DNA of 64,000 nucleotides, from contig JBODTK010000153.1 of the NCBI GenBank assembly GCA_050613775.1, forward strand, positions 62,001 to 126,000. Direction: 5' to 3'. Positions 56,394 to 64,000 of this stretch are shown one piece after another. The position numbers and the translations under genes were made by a program. Source of the stretch: Neocallimastix sp. 'constans'. Lineage: Eukaryota. Below the pieces are notes generated by a model. That model saw only the letters and a program-made list of their open reading frames with translations. It did no database searches and was not told the origin of the DNA. The stretch's first letter is position 1. Each line of letters opens with the position of its first letter.

Positions 56394-57371
56394 GCTTATA
56401 TAAAAATGGTTTTATTAAAAAAAATATATTTTAAGAAAATTAATTAAATTTAATTAATAATATAAATTCTTAATAATAAAAATTCTAAAATTTTATTTAA
56501 ATTATCAAAAGCATTTCCTGCAATTTTCCGTAAATTATAGGAAACACGTAAAGTAGTATGTGAATTAATTCAAGACAGCTTGCCTATTACTGCGTCATGC
56601 CCTGTTCATACCAGACTCATCTACTCTCAAATGAATAGAAAGGCCAGAGCTTAGTGCAAATTATCACAATAATTATACACTAGGAATAACTAATCCGGAA
56701 ACTTTACGTTTTTTCTATTTCTTATAATTTACGCTTCTAAAGCGTACTAAATCAAATGATAAAAATAAAATTAAGAAAAAATTTATTATTATTATAAAGC
56801 TTCAACAATAATATTATTAATATTTAATAAAAGACGTCCTTATTCACAAATTAAAATAATTTGTTACTGACTTATCCTTTATAGAAGGTAATATTAAAAT
56901 ATTATCTATAACTTTATTTTTATTTGTTTCTCAACACCAAGGTTTTGATTATATCCAAAGGTGTTTTTATTGTAAAGCTGTGCTTAACAATAAGAAACAA
57001 GAATTTAAATTAATAACCTAATAAAATAAAACTTATTATTAAACACAAATCTTGAATCAAAAGGTTGGTATTAAATAATAATTTATTAATTATTAATTTT
57101 TTAATAAAAACACGATTTTTCAATTTACATGAAATTTTTTGAGATATTTATATTTTTTTTCAATTAAATAAATTAATTAAATTTTTATGAATTAAATTTT
57201 TATAACTTAAACCAATCAAATAATTATAAACTAAAATATTTTAATAATAATAAATAAATAAAAATAATAAAAATTTTTAAGGTAAATGTTCGGATTCGAA
57301 CTCGCGAACTTAGCTATAAATTATAAGTATTAAACACTAAAATATATTATTTATTTCTGTGATCCGTTACA

Positions 57372-60300
57372 CTATTATTATTGATTAATTTATTCCTTTC
57401 ATTAATAATATTTATATTGTTTTTAATATTGTTTTCTTCGTTATAGTTCTATTTACTTGTTGAACTTTCTTCTAATTTTTCTTTTTGTTTTGCTTCACCT
57501 AACGAAAGAGTGTTCGTTTTTGTATTACCGTGTTTTATCAACGTGTTTATGTTCTCAAGTTTCTCTTCTATTAATTTAACTTTATTTTCAAGATGTTCTT
57601 TTTCTTTTTGACTTAATGAAAGACTTTCTTCTTCTTTATCTTTATTGATATCATTGTTTGAATTATTTGGAATATCTTGCATGTCTAAATTGACAATATC
57701 TTCTTTTACTGTTAGTTCACTGTTATTATCTCTTTGACTCCTGTTCTCTTCATTATTTTCTTCATGAGGATCTTGTTCTATTTCTTTATTTTCTTGAATA
57801 ATATTAGTTATGTCATTCCTGTTGTAATAATTTCTTTCTTCTAAGATATTCATTAATGTGTCTTCATCTTGCGTTTCGGTTTCTTCATTTTCATATCTCC
57901 TTGCTTCAGATACATAATCAAAATTAAAGTTACCTGGTTGATCTTCAAGAAATTCTACCACACGTTTCACATATATTTTCATTTTATCAATATCGAATAT
58001 TCTGTACCCTGTTGAGTCTTCGTCGTATCCCAGAAAGAATCCTTTTCTTGAATTACTCCTAAATTTTTCTGGATTTACTTCATAATAGTAAACTTTACAG
58101 CCAAATACATGTAATTTACTATTGTCAACTTTCTTTTCGTAGAATACTTCAAATGGGATTTTGTTATTATTTCCATGATGCGGCACCCTATTATGCACAT
58201 AATTAGCTGTCTTTAAAGCATCTTCCCAAAATCTTCTATATAATTGACTATCTATTAACATTGCGGTAGCAATTTGGATAAGTACTCCGTTTAGTCTTTC
58301 TGCTCTACCGTTTTGTTGAGGATTTCCTGGTACAGTGAATTGTTGCGTGATTTCGTATTTGTTGCATATTTCTTTAAAATTATTTGAAGTGAATTCTGTT
58401 CCATTATCACTTCTTAAATATATTATATTTGAATTTGTTTTATTTTTAATTTTGATATACCATGTTTCAAATACTTGGTATACTTCCGACTTCTTCTTTA
58501 CTGTAAGGACCCAACCATATCTACTATAATCATCTAAAATAGTCACGAAATAGCAGTTGCCGTAAATTGATGGTGGTGCCGGTCCAACAAGATCTATATG
58601 TACTAATTCAAGAATTTTTCTTGAATTATTCTGCCCTTTACCATATGGTTCGTTCTTCATTTTTGCTTGCATACAGATCTCACATTTATCTATTTTGTTT
58701 CCAAAAGTCAGGTGATAAATTCTTCGATGCCATAGAATATCATTTTCTTTAGTGTTGACGTTATTGCATAGTATATTATTACTTTTAATACATACTTCAA
58801 AAACATTATTATCACTAGCTTTAATTTTTGAAATTGCATTAAAACACTTATCTAGGATATACGCATATACGTCATCGTATTCCTTTATAAATACTATTAC
58901 ATATTCATCCCTTGCTAGTTTACTAATCGAAATTAAATTTCTTTTAATATCCGGAACATATAATACTTCCTTTAGCTTTAATAGTTCTTTGTTCATATTT
59001 CCTTGTATCTCTCCAATGTGTGTTGAGTTGGTTGTATTCCCATTAGCATAATTTATATCTTCCACGTGTTCCTCTTCATTCATTAGTATATTTTTGTTTT
59101 GAGTCATATGATTAGATTCACCTGAATCTAGAGTCCACGAACTACATTCTACATGATTTTTAGTTACGTTATTATTAAATACATTATTGCATTGTTTTGT
59201 ATTGCCACTACATGGATTTTCAAAGAAGTGTTATAATCTAGAACAAATAAATCATTAAGATTTAATTTATCATTGTCTGTTTTATTGTCATATTGGCCTG
59301 TTTTTTGTTTACCTTGCCTCCCTTGTTTCTTGGCGAATTCTTGTGACATCTTCCTTTTAATCTTGCAATCTCTTTCAAAATGACCAAATCTATGGCAAAA
59401 GAAACATTCAATATTAGAATTAGTTTTTCTACCTTCTCCATTACATTTTTCATAATTTCTTTTTGAATATCTTCTAAAGTCTTGATTTCCTCCTTTTCCT
59501 TTTCCTTGGCTTTGGGTCGTAGTACTGAATACATGTTTTATTCCTATCATTTTTCCTTTTTTCCTTTCTTCGACTTTCTTGAGTCGTTCTACAAGTCCTA
59601 ATGTATATTCTTTACAGCTTTTCCAGTCTTTTTGATCAAAAATATTTACACTTTGATATTCTTCTGGTAAAGAGTTAAATAATAGTAATTTCTTTTCCTC
59701 ATCTGTAGCTACAACATTCATATATTCTATCATATTAATATTCTTGTTTAATTTTGTTAAAAATCTTGAAAAGCTTGTTTTGGGGTTGTATCTTAAAGCA
59801 TTAGTTTCATCGATTAGTTGATTTCTCCTAATCACATCATCTCCAATATGAATTTGTTGTAACGTTTGCCAAATTTGATAACCTGTAAGAGATGGATCCT
59901 GAATATCTTGTTGTGTTTTTGGTCCCAACGTGCTTCTTATTAAACTTTTTAAACTGGCATTTGTTTTTAAATCCTCTTTTGTCACTGATTCTCCATATTT
60001 CATTTTGTACTCATATGGTGCAATTAAATCACTTGTACTTTCTGTTCCACTAACTATGGGAACTTTTGGAGTATGATCTATATCGACCCATTCTTCGAGA
60101 TCATAGTATTGCAAGATACCTCTCATGAATAATTGCCAGGTTATAATGTTATTACTGTCTAATTCATATATAACTTTTCCTATTAGGACAGAGGGATCAA
60201 ATCTTTTGATTTGAGGAATATTATTATCCATAGTAGTAATGGTACTAGAAGTAGCATTTTCTGTTGATCGTTTTTAAAGTATTTTTACTCATTTTGAATT

Positions 60301-60770
60301 TTAAATATTTTAATTTTTTTTTTTTTTTTTTATATTTATTTATTTAAAAATTGAAATTGAATGATTTTTCAACGAAACAAAATTATAATGATTCAATGAG
60401 ACTCTTAATCTGTTAAAATTCAATTTATTAATAAATGAAAAATAAAGAAGACAAACACTCGAACGTACAAAACTCAATTAAACAATTGGGTTTATGAAAT
60501 AATAATTTTATTAATAAATATTAAAATAATATATCTACATTAAACAATGTAAATTTTTTATAAGACTTAAAAATCAAAAAATCAAGAAAAGAAATTTTTT
60601 TTTTTTTTTTTTTTTTCGGTTTAAAATAAAATATTAATAATTACTAAATAAATACATTTTTACATTGATATTTGTACTACATATTATTTATTTATTTTTT
60701 AAAATTAAATGTATTTATTATTTCACAAAAATAAAATTAATTATTATAAAAAATTGAAATTAATTTTAAA
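57372..60770 (-). mobile_element. 3'-truncated Ty1/Copia element 'C' (5' LTR, gag, PR, IN)
   Basis: LTR edge at 60411 abuts the PBS at 60396-60410. gag 60231-59164 (CFFCHRFGHFERDC), PR WTLDSGESNHM, IN LRSDNGTEF/PQQNGRAER. RT/RH absent. Outer LTR boundary is a guess. Confidence 0.85.
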
Positions 60771-61192
60771 ACTATTTAATTATAAGATTTTAGATTTTGT
60801 TATTTCGGTTTTAATAGTTTATTTAATTTTTTATAAATTGTAATAATTTTATAATAATGAATTTTTATTTTAATTTTTTATTAATATAAATTTATATTGA
60901 AAAAATAGGGAAAATTACACATGAAAAAATTCTTTAAAAAAGTAAAAGTTACACAAAGGTTTAATAAATTATTATTTTTATCTTTTATTTGAAAAAGTAT
61001 TTCTAAATATTTTTTATCATAATAATAATACTATTATTATTTATATATTATGTAAATAAAATAAATATTAAAAAGATAATAATTTTATGATATATTTATT
61101 ATTATTTAATTTTTATTTTTATTAATTTTTTTTTAAAAAAAAAAAAAAATATGATAATATAATTATTTTTTATATGTAACAAAACAAATTAT

Positions 61193-64000
61193 TTAATAAT
61201 ATGGCATCCATGTTATATCTAATTGGGATAATTTATGTGGATTAGTAGCTTGTGAAATTAAATCAATTAATGTTTGATTTGCTGGTATATTAAAAGTATT
61301 TTCTTCATCATTATTTTTGATATCTTTATTTGAATCAATATTATTTTCATGGGCATCACTTTTACTTGCCTTAGAATCATTTGAATTAACATTATTTATT
61401 AATACATTCTTTAAATTACTTTTATCGTCTTTCTCATTGATTTCTTTATTATTTTTTGATTCACTATTTAATGAATCAGATTTTGATTTATTTGGTCCAC
61501 TAATATTCTTAAGTTTTTGATTTTCAATATAATTATTTAACTAATTTAATTTTAAAGTATAACAAATTAATATGTATTAAAAATTTTATTTCATTATATT
61601 TTATTTTATTATTTTTTTTTTTTTAAAAAAAATAAATATTTTTTCAAAAATATATAATTTAAATTTACCTTTTCTCTCTCTTGTTTGCATGATAATGATT
61701 CAGTTCTATGCTGAATTAATCTTATATTTTGAGCAACATATTTTCTTAAATTATTATCTTGAAGTGTTTTTATACGATTTTGTGCAATATTTTGAATTGA
61801 AATTATTTCATCTTTTATGAATATACCTAAATAGTTTTCAAGTTCAAACTTATTTTACAATAACAAAATAATTGTATATAAATTAATATAAAATAAATAT
61901 TATTCAATTAAAAACATATTACTAATCAAAATTCAATATAAAATTTACTTCCGGCTCTATTAAAGATCTAGAAATTGACATTATTATATTTGTAAATACA
62001 CCTTCTACTCCTATTGGCGTTATAAATGTTTGAATATTTGGTGTAAATCTAAATGGAACTGGTTCATTAGATCCAAATAAAAATGTATTTGGTGATAATG
62101 CTTTATATATTAAATTAATAAAAATAAAATATAAAAAAAAAATTTAATATAGAATATCTAAATAATTTAAAATTAATTAAAATTACAAAATTTAATAAAT
62201 TACATGGTAATAATTCTGTAGCCCAAATATTTCCAGTTTCAAATGAAATATTAATTTTATGAGGATACCTATGAGCAATACTCATTACATAAGACATAAA
62301 TGAAACAGCAGCCATTTGATGTGTAAATTGTTTTCTTAATATAAATAAATCGATATATTGCTTCATTTTTGAAAGAACATACTATATGAATAATTACAAA
62401 TATATAAATATATAAATTAGCAATGTTCACCATTTTTTCTTCTTTATTATATTAATTTATATTATTACTACAACAATTAGTAAATAATCAAATATATATA
62501 AATAACTTCATACTTTCGTTAATACAGTATTTGGAACCATTGTTTCTTCAATTTGTTGAATAATCGCCATTTTTAAATTTATTACATCATTTTTCTATTA
62601 AAAATATGAATAAATATTAATAAAAAAATGTAAAAAAATAAAAAAATTAAATAAATATTTATACATACATCTAGATGTATAATAATAATAAATATATTTA
62701 TTATTTATTTACTTACAGTTGGTTTGATAGAATTCTTTTTATCTCGATCAATTATATTACGAATACTATTTACATATAAAATTGTTGGATCATCTTTATG
62801 GAATCCTGATTTTTCACAATGATTTTCATAGATTTCCTGTAATGAAACATATGACAAATCATCTTGAACTAATCTAACCTGTGGTGCTAAAGGTATCATT
62901 AATGGAAGATGGAATGCAATATTATATTTCCTACAATCTCTTTTACGTTCTATAATGCTATTCATTATTCTAAATAATTGTACAATTCTCTCTTCTCTTC
63001 TACATTGCCTAGCTGCTGGATGTTGAACAACAAACGAATGTGAACTACCATCATGACCTCTTAGAGATAATCTACGATAACATACTCCATGACCTCTTAC
63101 AACATCAACTAAGGATTCGAATTTATCAATTCTTATAAATTCATTAGTATTATCTTTATGTAATAAATACTGTCCTGGAATTTCAATATCCTCAAATTTT
63201 TTATGTTCAAATTCTACTAGATCATGACTGAAATATTCCAAATGTTGTTTAGAATTTCTTAAATCTAATTGATATTCCAATTTATCACGCCAATCTCTGA
63301 ACTTTTCAACTAACTCAGTTATTGAAGGTTTACTTTTAATAAAATCTTCTTCAAACGCTTCTTTATACTTTTCATGACCATTGGACATAGATTCATGAAA
63401 ACGTTTTAAATTCACTTCTGTACTATGAGGTAATGATCTTGTATCTCCATAATTTGATATTCTTCCAACAAGTTGCTGTACACCATCTGTAAGTAATGCA
63501 ACAATTAATCTATATATATCTTCATCTGGAGATGGTTTTAATTTTTGAATAATTTGATCAATCATTTTTTCAATTGATAATGTTAATAACGGGAATGAAG
63601 TTTTAACAGTTCCCATAATACCTTCAACATACTCCCATGGTTGCTTTTTGGAAGTATTGGATGATTGAGGTTGTGATTGGACAGATAATGATACCGATAC
63701 TGAATTACTTGCTTTACTTTGTGAATCGTCTGCATTTTTATGGAATTCCCTTCCATTATTTGATGCCATTGCTGCTTGTTTTTTAATTAATTTATAATCT
63801 TCTTTAGTTGTTCTTAATAAAAAATATAATGCCTGTGGATAAGTTTTAGCAATCTTTTGAATAATAATATTTGCACAAACAGCCTCTTTATTTGCTAAAC
63901 AAGTTAATAATTGAGGAATATAAATAATCCAATACCAATGAGCATAATCTCCCTTAAATTTACTAAATATTTCTGTTAATCTTCCTTTATTATCATCAAA
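61193..64000 (-). CDS. TRA1: Tra1/TRRAP PIKK pseudokinase (SAGA/NuA4 scaffold), 3' exons; 5' part outside window
   Basis: HWYWIIYIPQLL, KTYPQALYFLLRT, IEIPGQYL, RGHDGS, ARQCRREER, EPVPFRFTPNIQ, FATC LISQATNPHKLSQLDITWMPYY*. GT-AG introns. Confidence 0.95.

Larger units (their letters stand above)
44938..57371 (-). mobile_element. Chromovirus (Ty3/Gypsy) 'H' with element I nested in it
   Basis: ~400-bp LTRs at 44938-45343 and 56971-57371. PPT AAGCGGGACCA. gag-PR at 56393-55121 rejoins RT-RH-IN-chromodomain (48517-45574) in frame when I is removed (TSFP|ISNTSS). Flanks differ (ATAAT vs CTATT). Confidence 0.92.

Overview
Extremely AT-rich, intron-rich eukaryotic DNA, inferred to come from a flagellated fungus, most likely an anaerobic gut fungus (Neocallimastigomycota), given the AT content, a CFAP91 flagellar gene and a fungal-type Tra1. 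Left part (0-16 kb): last exon of a WD40 gene, then dynactin p62 (DCTN4), CFAP91/MAATS1 and GSK-3. Right end: the 3' part of TRA1/TRRAP. The ~45 kb between GSK-3 and TRA1 is an LTR-retrotransposon island. It holds one standalone full-length Copia (A) and a deeply nested cluster at 27.2-60.8 kb: Gypsy D, Copia B, Copia C, chromoviruses H and I (I has an intact 1442-aa ORF), and several solo or truncated LTRs, many with readable target-site duplications (TSDs). The most interesting signals are non-coding. (1) tRNA-like Pol III A/B-box cassettes at tRNA spacing lie in U3 of two unrelated chromovirus LTRs. (2) A conserved multi-branch RNA motif is shared by the 5' leaders of distantly related Gypsy elements. 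(3) Three Copia families have a primer-binding site (PBS) matching the anticodon arm of tRNA-Lys(CUU), implying half-tRNA priming. (4) H and I show Tf1-like self-priming. (5) The intact element has a chimeric 5' LTR. All calls were made by eye with no database searches. Element letters are my labels, and some boundaries are approximate.
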